Assembly: GCA_043734325.1 (NCBI GenBank)
Contig: JAYTFN010000089.1
Span: 1-34,805 of the forward strand
Source of the DNA: Candidatus Adlerbacteria bacterium
GTDB taxonomy: Bacteria; Patescibacteriota; Minisyncoccia; Phycocordibacterales; SBAW01
DNA: 34,805 bases
Direction: 5' to 3'
This document shows positions 1 through 9,230 of the stretch, in pieces (positions within the stretch are counted from its first letter, which is position 1; every line of letters starts with the position of its first letter). Position numbers and translations under genes: made by a program. The notes below the pieces were generated by a model. That model was given only the letters and a program-made list of their open reading frames with translations, searched no databases and was not told the origin of the DNA.

Positions 1-1409
1 TTTTTCCAGCGCTGTTCTATTTCAGAGGTTTTTTCGCGAAGCTCTGCTATGTCTCTATCAATAATTTTTGTACGCGCCTTAGCTGAACGGTCGCTTTCCT
101 GAGCTGCTTCTTTTCGTAGCGCTTCTTTTTCTACCTCAAGGCGCATAATCTTTCGGTGTGCATCTTCAAGAATGGGCGGTTTATTTTCAAGCGAAATACG
201 AAGGGCTGAAGAAGCTTCGTCTATAAGGTCAATAGCTTTGTCAGGAAGAAAGCGATCAGGGATATAGCGCGCTGACAACTGTACTGCTGAGATAAGGGAG
301 TCGTCGGTGATATCGACTCCGTGAAAAAGCTCGTACTTTTCTTTAAGGCCGCGCATGATAGCAATAGCGTCGTCAACTGATGGCTCGAGCACATGAACGG
401 GTTGGAAACGTCTCTGAAAGGCCGGGTCGCGTTCTATGTGCTTTTGATATTCGCGCAATGTTGTTGCACCTATAACATGGAGGTCGCCGCGAGCTAGGGC
501 AGGTTTGAGCATATTACTCGCATCCATGGCACCTTCCGCAGCACCTGCACCTATAATCGTATGAATTTCGTCGATAAAGAGAAGTACTTTGCCTTCCGAG
601 CGCTCAATTTCTTTCATGATTGCCTTGAGACGCTCCTCAAACTCACCTCGATACTTTGTACCCGCAATAAGGGAACCGAGGTCGAGCGACACCAGGTCTT
701 TATCCTTAAGCGACTCGGGTACATCCCCCATAGCAATACGCGCCGCTAAACCTTCAGCTATCGCAGTCTTGCCGACACCCGCTTCTCCTATCAGGATTGG
801 ATTATTTTTGGTACGACGCGAAAGGATCTGTATGACTCTTTGAATTTCTTCATCGCGACCTATGACCGGGTCGAGTTTGTTTTCTGCGGCCAATTTAGTC
901 AATGAACGAGTGTACTTGGTGAGGGCGCGAAATTTTTTATGCTCCGTCGAAGTTGTGGCCTTTGATGAACGGAGCTCAGAAAGGGTGCGCACCACCGACT
1001 CGCGAGTAATACGGAAGCGCGACAACGTCTCGCGAGCAAGCCCCGGTATGTCGAGTATTGACACGAAGAGATGCTCTGTTGAAACGAACTCGTCATGAAG
1101 CTCAGTAGCAACCTTTGCAGATCGCTCCAACCCTTGGACTAACTCAGGAGTGAGATATAACTGATAGGAGGGCGATAATACAGATGAACTTGCGTTTCCG
1201 TCTAAAGATTCAAGCACGGTGTCCGTTAAAAGCACTATGTCCACTTCGAGTCTATCGAGAACTGAGGTAACGAGACTTTCCTCTTGAGTTAAGAGTGCGG
1301 CTAAGAGGTGCATGGGGCTGACCTGATTTTGACCACGCTCAACAGCAAGTTCGTGTGCCTTACGAACTGCTTCTTTTGCTTTTGTTGTGAAGTGATTGAA
1401 TGGTGGCAT
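1..1409 (-). CDS. clpB: ATP-dependent Clp chaperone (ClpB/ClpC family), N-terminal part; runs off the left edge
   Basis: Not in ORF track because truncated. Manual reverse translation from ATG 1409: [30 protein letters not shown] (Clp N-domain), Walker A GEAGVGKT (~770-790), Walker B FIDEIH (~560-578), [15 protein letters not shown], then coiled-coil middle domain. ClpB vs ClpC not firmly resolved. Confidence 0.9.
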   Translation of the reverse strand, partial: MPPFNHFTTKAKEAVRKAHELAVERGQNQVSPMHLLAALLTQEESLVTSVLDRLEVDIVLLTDTVLESLDGNASSSVLSPSYQLYLTPELVQGLERSAKVATELHDEFVSTEHLFVSILDIPGLARETLSRFRITRESVVRTLSELRSSKATTSTEHKKFRALTKYTRSLTKLAAENKLDPVIGRDEEIQRVIQILSRRTKNNPILIGEAGVGKTAIAEGLAARIAMGDVPESLKDKDLVSLDLGSLIAGTKYRGEFEERLKAIMKEIERSEGKVLLFIDEIHTIIGAGAAEGAMDASNMLKPALARGDLHVIGATTLREYQKHIERDPAFQRRFQPVHVLEPSVDDAIAIMRGLKEKYELFHGVDITDDSLISAVQLSARYIPDRFLPDKAIDLIDEASSALRISLENKPPILEDAHRKIMRLEVEKEALRKEAAQESDRSAKARTKIIDRDIAELREKTSEIEQRWK

Positions 1410-1418
1410 ACTATATAG

Positions 1419-2228
1419 TTACGGTTTAGAAGGCACGTTAGTTTCATTTGCTGCTGCGGGAGCCGTCGTTTGGAGTGCCGCTATAGTATACATGTTGAGC
1501 CCTAAAGTTACTGACGCTGCAGTTGTTATACCTATCACATCGCCAAAACTGGTGACCAGGACAGACCCGGGTGTCGCAGACGGTATACTCGCTTCTATTA
1601 CATTACTAGAAGTGTTCGGCAACATCGCAACTACCCCCTGAGACACGCTGTCGACATTCTTACCTGAAATACGTATCACACTTTGGCCTAACCGAAGCTT
1701 TGAGCTGTCAGCAAGGGGTAGTGGCACTAACAGTGTAGAGGTACTGTTAACCGTGACCTGCAGCAGCGAGCTCGAGGTAGCTTTGGTAGATCGTAGTACG
1801 ACTGGCACTCGTACTCCACTCCAAAGAATTGCTTCAAATTCAGTTACTCCTGAGTTTTCCAGCGATGCTTTGTCAGTGAGCGCAGTGCCACGGGCATCTA
1901 CTATAACGCCTCGCGCAAGTAAATCATCACTCCCCTTAGCTGTTATTCTGATGATGCTCTTTTGCACCAAGGCTATCGTTTGTGCAATGAGGTCATCGTC
2001 TTTAACTATAATTGTTTTTTGAGTTGTGACTGTGGGGTTATTTTTTTGTACTGAAGGAATGACTGTTTGGACCGTACGTTCAATTATTTGATTGATGGTT
2101 CCCGAGACCGACGGAGGCGCTTGATTCATAAGCGAAACCGTCACAATGCCCGTTGCCATGGACGTGACGAAACTCACCAGAAGCGTCAGAAGAATGATCT
2201 GATGTTTCGTGAGGTTTTCAAGATCCAT
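1419..2228 (-). CDS. Membrane-anchored trypsin-like (HtrA/DegP-type fold) protein, catalytic motifs degenerate
   Basis: N-terminal TM (IILLTLLVSFVTSMATGIVTV); GVIVDARGTALT, LADSSKLRLGQSVI and GSVLVTSFGDVIGI match the HtrA protease layout; His and Ser motifs replaced. Confidence 0.65.
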   Translation of the reverse strand: MDLENLTKHQIILLTLLVSFVTSMATGIVTVSLMNQAPPSVSGTINQIIERTVQTVIPSVQKNNPTVTTQKTIIVKDDDLIAQTIALVQKSIIRITAKGSDDLLARGVIVDARGTALTDKASLENSGVTEFEAILWSGVRVPVVLRSTKATSSSLLQVTVNSTSTLLVPLPLADSSKLRLGQSVIRISGKNVDSVSQGVVAMLPNTSSNVIEASIPSATPGSVLVTSFGDVIGITTAASVTLGLNMYTIAALQTTAPAAANETNVPSKP

Positions 2229-2260
2229 AACTCTAGTATGTCATGATTCCACACGCACTG

Positions 2261-3469
2261 CTATTCAATTTTATATCTTTTCTCTACCTCTAGAAGTCGT
2301 GTAGCTATATATGTCGCATCACTTTTGGTCACCGTAGGCAGGAGGGTGAGCCGAATAGCGCTTTTGATACTGTCCGGAGGCAAGTGGAGTGCTTGTAAAA
2401 CGTGGGAAGGCGCTTCATCGCTTGAGTCACACGCCGAGCGAGTCGAGGCGGCGACGCCCAGCGCATCAAGTGCAATGACCGCCATTTCACCATCGAGCCC
2501 GGGAATAGAGATATTAAGATTATTTGCTACCCGTTGGTCCCCGACGGCCCCATTAACCGTTGCAGTTGGTATGCGTTTTAAAATTTCTTGCAGTAGAACA
2601 TTTCGAACTCCTGCAATTCTTTTTGCGTTTTCATTTTCTTTAGCTTGTGCGTCAGCCAATGCGACTGCAAACGAACCTGCCAGTGGAACATTTTCAGTTC
2701 CACTGCGTATACCTTTTTCTTGACCACCTCCACGATGCTGAGCCATAATCGTAACGCCTCTGCGGATGTATATAGCCCCAACTCCTTTCGGACCCATAAT
2801 TTTTTGACCATCCAGAGTAAGAAGGTCAACGCCTAATTTCTCGACTTCAACAGTTTTCCAAAGTGGTGCCTGAGAAGCGTCAACGTGCAAATACAGCGGT
2901 ACCACTGACTCTGAAGATGGGTGATCTCTTCTGGCGCGTATGGTACGAATAGCCCGTATTTCTTTTGCAATTTCGCGAATCGGCTCTATTGTTCCAATTT
3001 CACTATTAATAAATTGAATGGAAACTAATACGGTGTGCTCAGTAATTGCCTCAGTAAGTTCTTTAAGGGATATAAGTCCGGCGGAGTTAACACGGAGCTT
3101 GGTTAACTCGAGACCCTCTTTTTTAAGTGCTAAAAAAGGCTCAAGGACTGAAGGGTGCTCAATGACTGAAGTTACCGCATGTACTTTCTGCGTGCGCGAA
3201 AGTCGATGGCGAAGCGCGCCTTCAATAGCTAGGTTATTCCCTTCGGTACCACCTGAAGTAAAAACGATTTCGTCCGCATGAGCTCCTATCGAGGATGCCA
3301 CTAGCGCGCGAGCTTTTTCAAGTTCGTTTTTTGCTGCAACCGCTTCCTTGTGAAGCGCACCCGGGTTACCAAACAAGTCGAGTAGGCGAACGAGTTCAAG
3401 CCTAGCCTCGTTTGAAAGCGGCGTCGCTGCCGCAGCGTCTGCATATATTCGCTTCTTCTTCCAAATCAT
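2261..3469 (-). CDS. iscS: Cysteine desulfurase (IscS/NifS family, PLP-dependent)
   Basis: YADAAAATP, EIVFTSGGTEGNN, IEHPSV, HVDASQ, QKIMGPKGVG (PLP Lys), RSGTENV, TRSAC (catalytic Cys). Confidence 0.9.
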   Translation of the reverse strand: MIWKKKRIYADAAAATPLSNEARLELVRLLDLFGNPGALHKEAVAAKNELEKARALVASSIGAHADEIVFTSGGTEGNNLAIEGALRHRLSRTQKVHAVTSVIEHPSVLEPFLALKKEGLELTKLRVNSAGLISLKELTEAITEHTVLVSIQFINSEIGTIEPIREIAKEIRAIRTIRARRDHPSSESVVPLYLHVDASQAPLWKTVEVEKLGVDLLTLDGQKIMGPKGVGAIYIRRGVTIMAQHRGGGQEKGIRSGTENVPLAGSFAVALADAQAKENENAKRIAGVRNVLLQEILKRIPTATVNGAVGDQRVANNLNISIPGLDGEMAVIALDALGVAASTRSACDSSDEAPSHVLQALHLPPDSIKSAIRLTLLPTVTKSDATYIATRLLEVEKRYKIE

Positions 3470-3526
3470 TGTCTAATTAGTATATACTGCTTGGTACAGG
3501 TTCAACATCTTTGTTTTCCCCTGACT

Positions 3527-4036
3527 ATGAATATTCCATTTTTTATTCTACATTCCACACCGTATTTTGCTTTTGCAGCGATTGTACTCACTCTTGCAGC
3601 GTTGTTTTTTATCATCTCTATGAGTCACCGTCTCGACAAGCTGACCTTGGGCACAAGCGGCACTGTAGAAGAGACCGTGGGCATACTTACCGAACATATG
3701 AAAGAAATGAAGACTTTTCGCAGTGAGCTAGAGCTTTACCTGAAGCAAGCTGAGGCACGAATGCGGACCTCGGTGCGCGGTGTGGGCATTATTCGATACA
3801 ATCCCTTCGCTAACGACGGATCCTCGGGCGGAAATCAGAGTTTCGCCATCGCACTCCTTGACGAAATGCTATCTGGTGTGGTATTTTCTGCTCTCTACTC
3901 GCGTGATCATGTTGGGGTGTATGCTAAGCCCATCACAAGCAGCACCTCAACCTTTACCTTATCGGACGAAGAGCAACAAGCAGTAGACCAGGCAAAAGCA
4001 TCTCTTGCCGAGAAAAAACGTGGAGAACGAAAATAG
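3527..4036 (+). CDS. DUF4446-like membrane-anchored protein
   Basis: N-terminal TM, coiled coil, then GIIRYNPF..GGNQSFAIALLD..GVVFSALYSR..YAKPI, which I recognise as DUF4446-like. ATG 3527 preferred over upstream TTG. Confidence 0.7.
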   Translation: MNIPFFILHSTPYFAFAAIVLTLAALFFIISMSHRLDKLTLGTSGTVEETVGILTEHMKEMKTFRSELELYLKQAEARMRTSVRGVGIIRYNPFANDGSSGGNQSFAIALLDEMLSGVVFSALYSRDHVGVYAKPITSSTSTFTLSDEEQQAVDQAKASLAEKKRGERK

Positions 4037-4129
4037 AAAAATAGAAAAATATTTTTATATACTCGTCGTTCGTTCGGAATAGAAAATAAATTTTCTTTCA
4101 CTCACTTCACTAGATTATAACTACTCACT

Positions 4130-5659
4130 ATGCCAGAAAAAGAAATCATCCCGCGGGATCGCCCGCCTATTGTTACCGTTGTAGGGCACATCGACCATGG
4201 TAAGTCGACGCTTTTAGACTATATTCGAAAAAGTAATACTGCGGCAGGAGAAGCAGGCGGCATCACTCAACACCTGTCAGCATACGAAGCGGTGCATACT
4301 ACTCCGGCTGGTGTTCTGCGTCACATTACTTTTCTTGACACCCCCGGTCACGCAGCATTTCGTGCTATGCGATCGCGAGGACTAAACGCGGCAGACGTAG
4401 CCATTTTAGTTGTCTCAGCTGAAGACGGTGCAAAAACGCAAACAGTAGAAGCTATTACGTTAATACACGAAGCAAAAATTCCTTTTATTGTAGCTTTTAC
4501 AAAAATAGATAAGCCGAATGCAAACCTCGAGCGCGCGAAGCTGTCACTATTAGAACATAACGTCTTTGTTGAAGGGATGGGTGGTGACACACCGTTTGTC
4601 GCAGTCTCAAGTAAAACGGGCGAAGGTATTCCCGAGCTTCTTGACCTTATACTCCTAGCCGCAGAGCTCGAGGGACTTTCTGCTGACCCGTCTCTACCTG
4701 GCGTCGGTTTGATAATCGAAGCACACATTGACCAAAAACGCGGTAACACCGCAACGTTGATAGTGAAGGACGGTAGTGTCAGAAGTGGCCAATACATTGT
4801 CTGTGGAGAGAGTTTCGCACCAGTGCGAATTATGGAAAATTATATAGGCAAAAATATTAAAGAGGCGCTGCCGGGAAGTCCTATGCGTATCGTAGGCTTT
4901 ACCACCGCACCGGAAGTAGGAGCACAGTGGCGCGCAGTGGAGACAAAAAAAGACGCAGAGGCGCACGCAACAGAAGCACGAAAAAAACGTCTAAGCGAAA
5001 CGGTAGCGCCGACACGCAACACAGAGCCTGAAGAAGACGGCAAACTGCATGTGGTTATGCCATTAGTAATTAAAACTGATTTTTCAGGCACGGGCGACGC
5101 CGTGTTGCATGAGCTTTTAAAAATGCCGCAGGACCCACGCCTTGAAGTGCGCGTTGTGGGTCGCTCCGTGGGCCACATTAGCGAAAACGATGTAAAACTC
5201 GTCGGAGCATCCACGCCAGCAGGTATCATCGTCGGATTTAACGTCAAAGTCGAAAATGAAGCGCGTCAGCTTGCAGAGCGTTTGGGTGTCGAGGTCGCTA
5301 CTTTTGATATTATTTACAAACTCACCGAGTGGCTTCAAGAACAACTCACCAAACGTCATCCCCGCGAAAATATGGACGAAAAAACAGGTACCGCTAAAAT
5401 ACTAAAAGTATTTAGTAACCAGCAAGGTCGCGTTGTGTTGGGAGGACGATTAGAACAAGGAGTTTTTGAAGAAGGAAATCCGGTTAAGTTGATGCGCGGC
5501 GAACTAGAGCTTGGTCGCGGCGAAATACTTAGCCTTCAAATTCAAAAATCAGCCGTCAAAAAAGCGGAAGCTCCTTGTGAGTTTGGCACAATGATACGGA
5601 CATCGGCACAACCCGCACCCGGAGATTATATAGAAGCCTTTGAAGTAGTACTGAAATAA
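4130..5659 (+). CDS. infB: Translation initiation factor IF-2 (short form lacking the N-terminal domain)
   Basis: RPPIVTVVGHIDHGKSTLLD, EAGGITQH, FLDTPGHAAF, TKIDK, IIVGFNV, IIYKL; followed by rbfA. Confidence 0.97.
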   Translation: MPEKEIIPRDRPPIVTVVGHIDHGKSTLLDYIRKSNTAAGEAGGITQHLSAYEAVHTTPAGVLRHITFLDTPGHAAFRAMRSRGLNAADVAILVVSAEDGAKTQTVEAITLIHEAKIPFIVAFTKIDKPNANLERAKLSLLEHNVFVEGMGGDTPFVAVSSKTGEGIPELLDLILLAAELEGLSADPSLPGVGLIIEAHIDQKRGNTATLIVKDGSVRSGQYIVCGESFAPVRIMENYIGKNIKEALPGSPMRIVGFTTAPEVGAQWRAVETKKDAEAHATEARKKRLSETVAPTRNTEPEEDGKLHVVMPLVIKTDFSGTGDAVLHELLKMPQDPRLEVRVVGRSVGHISENDVKLVGASTPAGIIVGFNVKVENEARQLAERLGVEVATFDIIYKLTEWLQEQLTKRHPRENMDEKTGTAKILKVFSNQQGRVVLGGRLEQGVFEEGNPVKLMRGELELGRGEILSLQIQKSAVKKAEAPCEFGTMIRTSAQPAPGDYIEAFEVVLK

Positions 5660-5669
5660 TATTTTATTT

Positions 5670-5987
5670 ATGGACAATCGAAACGAACGTATACAAGAAG
5701 CATTGCGTGCTACTGCCGCAGAATATTTAGCCCGCGAAGCCGGTCGCCAGTCGTTAATCACCGTCACTGCAGTTCGCATGTCTGAAGATGGACGACGTGC
5801 GCTTATATTTATCACTGTCTTTCCTGATTCTTCTGAACAATCAGCACTTGCCTTTGCACAGAGGAGCCGCAAAGAGCTTTCGAAACCATTCAAACAGCAT
5901 GCACGAGGCGCATCACTCCCCCACATCGAATTTCGTATTGACGAAGGCGAAAAAAGCCGCCAACGCTTAGACGAGCTTTCCCAGTAG
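5670..5987 (+). CDS. rbfA: Ribosome-binding factor A
   Basis: Directly after infB; ITVTAVRMSEDGRRALIFIT and PHIEFRID motifs; 105 aa. Confidence 0.88.
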   Translation: MDNRNERIQEALRATAAEYLAREAGRQSLITVTAVRMSEDGRRALIFITVFPDSSEQSALAFAQRSRKELSKPFKQHARGASLPHIEFRIDEGEKSRQRLDELSQ

Positions 5988-6033
5988 GGCTTCGTGCGCT
6001 ACAGTAGTGGATGACTCGCCATAGCGGGCTTCA

Positions 6034-6108
6034 GTCCACGTAGTCAAGTGGTAAGACAAGAGTCTGCAAAACTCTTATGCGCGGGTTCGATTCCCGCCGT
6101 GGACTCCA
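6034..6108 (+). tRNA. tRNA-Cys (GCA), CCA encoded
   Basis: Acceptor GTCCACG/CGTGGAC-T-CCA; anticodon arm AGAGT-CTGCAAA-ACTCT; T arm GCGGG-TTCGATT-CCCGC. Confidence 0.95.
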
Positions 6109-6155
6109 AAAAGACTGGAACAAAGTGTCTAAGTAGTTTGGGTCTAGAATCAAAA

Positions 6156-6241
6156 GCCGGGATGATGAAATGGTAGACATAGGGGACTTAAAATCCCCAG
6201 AACGTAAGTTCGTGTGGGTTCGAGTCCCACTCCCGGCACCA
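6156..6241 (+). tRNA. tRNA-Leu (TAA), CCA encoded
   Basis: Acceptor GCCGGGA/TCCCGGC-A-CCA; anticodon arm GGGGA-CTTAAAA-TCCCC; long variable arm; T arm GTGGG-TTCGAGT-CCCAC. Confidence 0.95.
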
Positions 6242-6245
6242 CAAT

Positions 6246-7112
6246 ATGTTCAAAAATGAACACATGTTTATTACTTCCCTTCCGACAGAGTTTCATCCAC
6301 GGCAAGAATGGCCCGAGTACGCGGCACACCGCGATCTGCCGAGCTTTTTTCGACCAACGGTAGTTGGGACGCACCCACGGGGTATGCGACGTGGTGTATG
6401 GCCGCTCATTATCGAAGAGTACGTCAGCAACACCGAACCAATTGATTTCACCTCCGACTCTAACGCTCCAAATCGTATCATTGCATGGCGACGGGTGACC
6501 CGAAAAGACACCCCGCCCGGTTGGCACGCACTATCAAAAAAACCGTCGGCACTTGAAGGTTTTTTTGATCTTTTTCAATTTCCCGACTATGCGGCCCAGT
6601 GGATAAAAGTTGCGCGGTACGACCGACACCAGTGGCACAGCAACTACAGCACGAGGTACACTATCGAAAAGATAACGTGGAGCGAATATGCACACACATT
6701 TAAACACAGCACTGTCGGCAAAAAACTTGGCTTACTCATGGTTCGTTTGATGGAAAGAAAATGGAAGTCAGACCCCGAGCACATCATTTTTTGGGGCGCG
6801 CGCGAAAAGTCTACAGGCGAAGTTGTGGCGTGCATTGGTGTCATCAACTCTCCCAATTACCAGGCATCATATTATGCAACCGGGTGCATGCACTCAACAC
6901 AAGCCTCTACTCCGGTAATGGTGGGGCTTATAGACCACTGGTTTAAAACTTCGCAATCGCACCAAATTCGCTTTTTACATTTTGGATCATTTTGGATTCC
7001 GGGAGAGCCTAAGGCATGGAAGGGTTTCTCAACCTTTAAAATGAAATTTAAACCGCAACTTATTTTATATCCTCCGACGCTGGTACGACTCAAGTGTGGT
7101 ACATTTTTTTAG
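6246..7112 (+). CDS. Hypothetical protein, possibly GNAT/FemABX-like acyltransferase fold
   Basis: 288 aa ORF; C-terminal ASYYATG..LIDHWF..RFLHFG..WKGFSTFKMKF resembles the C-terminus of FemABX/GNAT-like proteins. Weak call. Confidence 0.45.
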   Translation: MFKNEHMFITSLPTEFHPRQEWPEYAAHRDLPSFFRPTVVGTHPRGMRRGVWPLIIEEYVSNTEPIDFTSDSNAPNRIIAWRRVTRKDTPPGWHALSKKPSALEGFFDLFQFPDYAAQWIKVARYDRHQWHSNYSTRYTIEKITWSEYAHTFKHSTVGKKLGLLMVRLMERKWKSDPEHIIFWGAREKSTGEVVACIGVINSPNYQASYYATGCMHSTQASTPVMVGLIDHWFKTSQSHQIRFLHFGSFWIPGEPKAWKGFSTFKMKFKPQLILYPPTLVRLKCGTFF

Positions 7113-7114
7113 GT

Positions 7115-7744
7115 ATGCACTGGATATTTGAAAGAAAAAATTTATTGTCCAGCAAAAATGGGCCCATTATGCTCGAGAAGTTTTTTGGTCGTCTGATGGT
7201 GCGGGCGGGCGGCGTTCAGCAAACCGGAGTGGAGCTGAACGCCATATGGCGTTATTCGTTTAAAAAGATACGGCAGTCGGTAGTCCTAAAACCGAGCGTG
7301 CTCATGCTAGGCCTGGGCGCTGGTGGAGCCCTCAAAGACCTCTACACCCTCTTTCCCGGATCAAGCATTACTACAGTCGAATACGACCCTATAATGGTTC
7401 ACCTAGCGCTAGAACTCCAGCTGTACAAACCTTACCCGTTGCCAAAAATAATTGAAGGCGACGCAGGTGACATACTTCCAACCCTATCTGAGAATTTCGA
7501 CCTCATTGTCATCGACCTATTTCAGGGCTCAAAGGTCTCATCGCTTATATCGCAAGAAAGTTTTTTAACGAATCTCAAAAAAATCTTGTCACCTCGAGGC
7601 ATTATTTTGATAAACGTATTCCGCGAACCGCAGTGCCTAGAAGCGGCACGTCGCATCTTTACACACTCGTCTCATTGGAAATACACAAGCAACACCATCG
7701 GTGCTTTTTGGGATTATTCGCCTTTGACCGAACACAGTTGTTAG
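7115..7744 (+). CDS. Class I SAM-dependent methyltransferase, spermidine-synthase-like
   Basis: VLMLGLGAGG (motif I), TTVEYDP, IIEGDA, FDLIVIDLF, LSPRGIILINV. Confidence 0.8.
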   Translation: MHWIFERKNLLSSKNGPIMLEKFFGRLMVRAGGVQQTGVELNAIWRYSFKKIRQSVVLKPSVLMLGLGAGGALKDLYTLFPGSSITTVEYDPIMVHLALELQLYKPYPLPKIIEGDAGDILPTLSENFDLIVIDLFQGSKVSSLISQESFLTNLKKILSPRGIILINVFREPQCLEAARRIFTHSSHWKYTSNTIGAFWDYSPLTEHSC

Positions 7745-7774
7745 AGTATGAATTTTCTAGTACTGTTTATTTAT

Positions 7775-7847
7775 CCGCCCATAGCTCAGTTGGTAGAGCA
7801 GCTCCCTCTTAAGGAGACTGTCCCAGGTTCGAGCCCTGGTGGGCGGA
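7775..7847 (+). tRNA. tRNA-Lys (CTT)
   Basis: Acceptor CCGCCCA/TGGGCGG-A; D arm GCTC-AGTTGGTA-GAGC; anticodon loop CTCTTAA; T arm CCAGG-TTCGAGC-CCTGG; CCA not encoded. Confidence 0.95.
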
Positions 7848-7977
7848 CAAAAGACATAACAATCCCACCTGCGTGGGATTTTGTGCTTTTGTCCGAGACG
7901 GAGCGATGTTTTGCATTTGCAAAATCGCGAGTCGGGGTCGCGAGCATATTTTGCGACGGCAAAATGTGACTTGTGAC
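7844..7977 (+). repeat. tRNA-Lys-associated structured trailer (partial copy of element family)
   Basis: CGGACAAAAG 7844-7853 pairs with CTTTTGTCCG 7886-7895; core 7896-7977 AGACGGAGC..GCGAGTCGGGGTCGCGA..GTGAC shared with 8342-8427. Confidence 0.75.
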
Positions 7978-8182
7978 GACTAATAAAAACAGCACCTGCG
8001 TAGTAGGGTCACGACCCTTATAGCGGACCTGTCCGGCAGCTTCAACGACTCGAGTTACATAGCACCTTTGGACTTTGTCGAAGGAACTCTTTCGCTTACC
8101 GTAACAAGTGAACACAGTTTTGACAACAAGACCATAGTCTACTACGTGACGGGAAAATAAATTCAGCGTACAATCGGTCTAT

Positions 8183-8264
8183 GCCCTCGTGGCGGAATTG
8201 GTATACGCGCGTGGCTTAGGACCACGTTCCGAAAGGATTAGAGGTTCAAGTCCTCTCGGGGGCA
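8183..8264 (+). tRNA. tRNA-Leu (TAG)
   Basis: Acceptor GCCCTCG/CGGGGGC-A; anticodon arm CGTGG-CTTAGGA-CCACG; variable arm TCC-GAAA-GGA; T arm AGAGG-TTCAAGT-CCTCT. Confidence 0.95.
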
Positions 8265-8571
8265 CAAGGAGGAAGCCGGCATTTGCCGGTTTTTTCGTGC
8301 CCACGAAGTACAGTGCCTGCGCACTGTGCGGAGGACTTGAAAGACGGAGCAATGTTTCGTTAGCAAACGAAACTGCGAGTCGGGGTCGCGAAAAAACGCT
8401 TGCGTCGGCAAGTGCTTTATTCGTGACCAAGTCCTCTCGGGGGCACCGAAAGAAAAGTTGGCTTTGTGCCAACTTTTTCTTTTGGTCCAAGGACTTGAAA
8501 GCCGGAAGGAGCGAAGGCGACTGAGGCGGGGTCGCGCAAATTTTCAGCAGAAAATTATGTGTGACCAAGTC
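8265..8571 (+). repeat. Two tandem tRNA-Leu-associated structured units containing inverted and direct copies of the tRNA 3' end
   Basis: 19-bp direct repeat CAAGTCCTCTCGGGGGCAC at 8247-8265 and 8428-8446; inverted T-arm copies GAGGACTTGAA 8331-8341 and AGGACTTGAA 8490-8499; shared core CGGGGTCGCG..GTGACCAAGTC. Confidence 0.85.
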
Positions 8572-8580
8572 TAATAATTT

Positions 8581-8853
8581 TTATGGCAAAAGTCCGTTTA
8601 CCGTTTCTGAGATAATACTCAATATCTTCACTGTTGAGACAATTATAAAAAGTCCAACCAAGCCCCACAACATATGCTGCTTTCCGTCACTAGTGGATTC
8701 GCCTCCACGGAGCTTCCACAAATACTGCACTATTCCCCATACGAACACTAATACCGCCAGTGAGGCAAGGAGTATAAGAATTGGATTGACTATGTAGGCT
8801 ATGAGCCGACTAAGGATAGAGCAGGTGTCTGCATCAGCAACACAACGTGGCAT
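8581..8853 (-). CDS. TrbC/VirB2-like pilin-family small membrane protein
   Basis: Two hydrophobic helices, LVFVWGIVQYL..GKQHMLWGLVGLFIIVS; part of a tandem array. Confidence 0.65.
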   Translation of the reverse strand: MPRCVADADTCSILSRLIAYIVNPILILLASLAVLVFVWGIVQYLWKLRGGESTSDGKQHMLWGLVGLFIIVSTVKILSIISETVNGLLP

Positions 8854-8879
8854 AGTATGAAAATGCTAGAGAGTAAGGA

Positions 8880-9230
8880 CTAGTTCGTTGGGAAGTGTGG
8901 AGCATTAACCGTGTTTGGCTGGTTCGTTCCGTTAAGAAGAGCACTTTGTATAAGACGAATGATGCCCCATATGGAAACCATCACAAAGAGCGCAATGATA
9001 CCATTTGCCATTATTTTTTGACCTATTCCTTTTTCAGCGTTATGGATGTATTTTATGAGACCGTAAAAGAACACAAGCATCGCTACACCTATCGAAATAG
9101 GAATAAGAAGTGCAATGATATTAGCGATAGAAACTATAAACTGCTGTATTGGCGCCAGCGTACCATATTGAGCTCCGGCGAAAAGCGGAAGTGCGAGTAG
9201 AACTGAGGAGAAGAGTGCTAATTTTTTCAT
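8880..9230 (-). CDS. TrbC/VirB2-like pilin-family protein with signal peptide
   Basis: Signal peptide MKKLALFSSVLLALPLFAGA; LVFFYGLIKYI..GQKIMANGIIALFVMVSIWG. Confidence 0.65.
   Translation of the reverse strand: MKKLALFSSVLLALPLFAGAQYGTLAPIQQFIVSIANIIALLIPISIGVAMLVFFYGLIKYIHNAEKGIGQKIMANGIIALFVMVSIWGIIRLIQSALLNGTNQPNTVNAPHFPTN

Noticed and set aside
561-1111. Short ORFs on both strands in the ORF track
   Set aside because: They overlap the edge-truncated clpB frame on the minus strand; shadow ORFs.
4130-5659. Short IF2 as a truncation or pseudogene
   Set aside because: G domain and C-terminal domains are intact; N-terminally short IF2 is known in several lineages.
8247-8446. Simple attL/attR prophage scar
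   Set aside because: A plain scar explains the direct repeat but not the inverted tRNA copy, the covarying core, or the same ~180-bp layout at tRNA-Glu; kept only as a partial explanation.
7748-8568. ORFs 7748-7969, 7786-8115, 8179-8568 and 8189-8524
   Set aside because: They run through tRNA genes and palindromic trailers, which tend to lack stops. The part at 7985-8115 could be a gene remnant but I cannot support it.
8247-8571. CRISPR array interpretation of the repeats after tRNA-Leu
   Set aside because: Only two to three copies, derived from the tRNA; the intervening segments are long, structured and mutually related; no cas genes.
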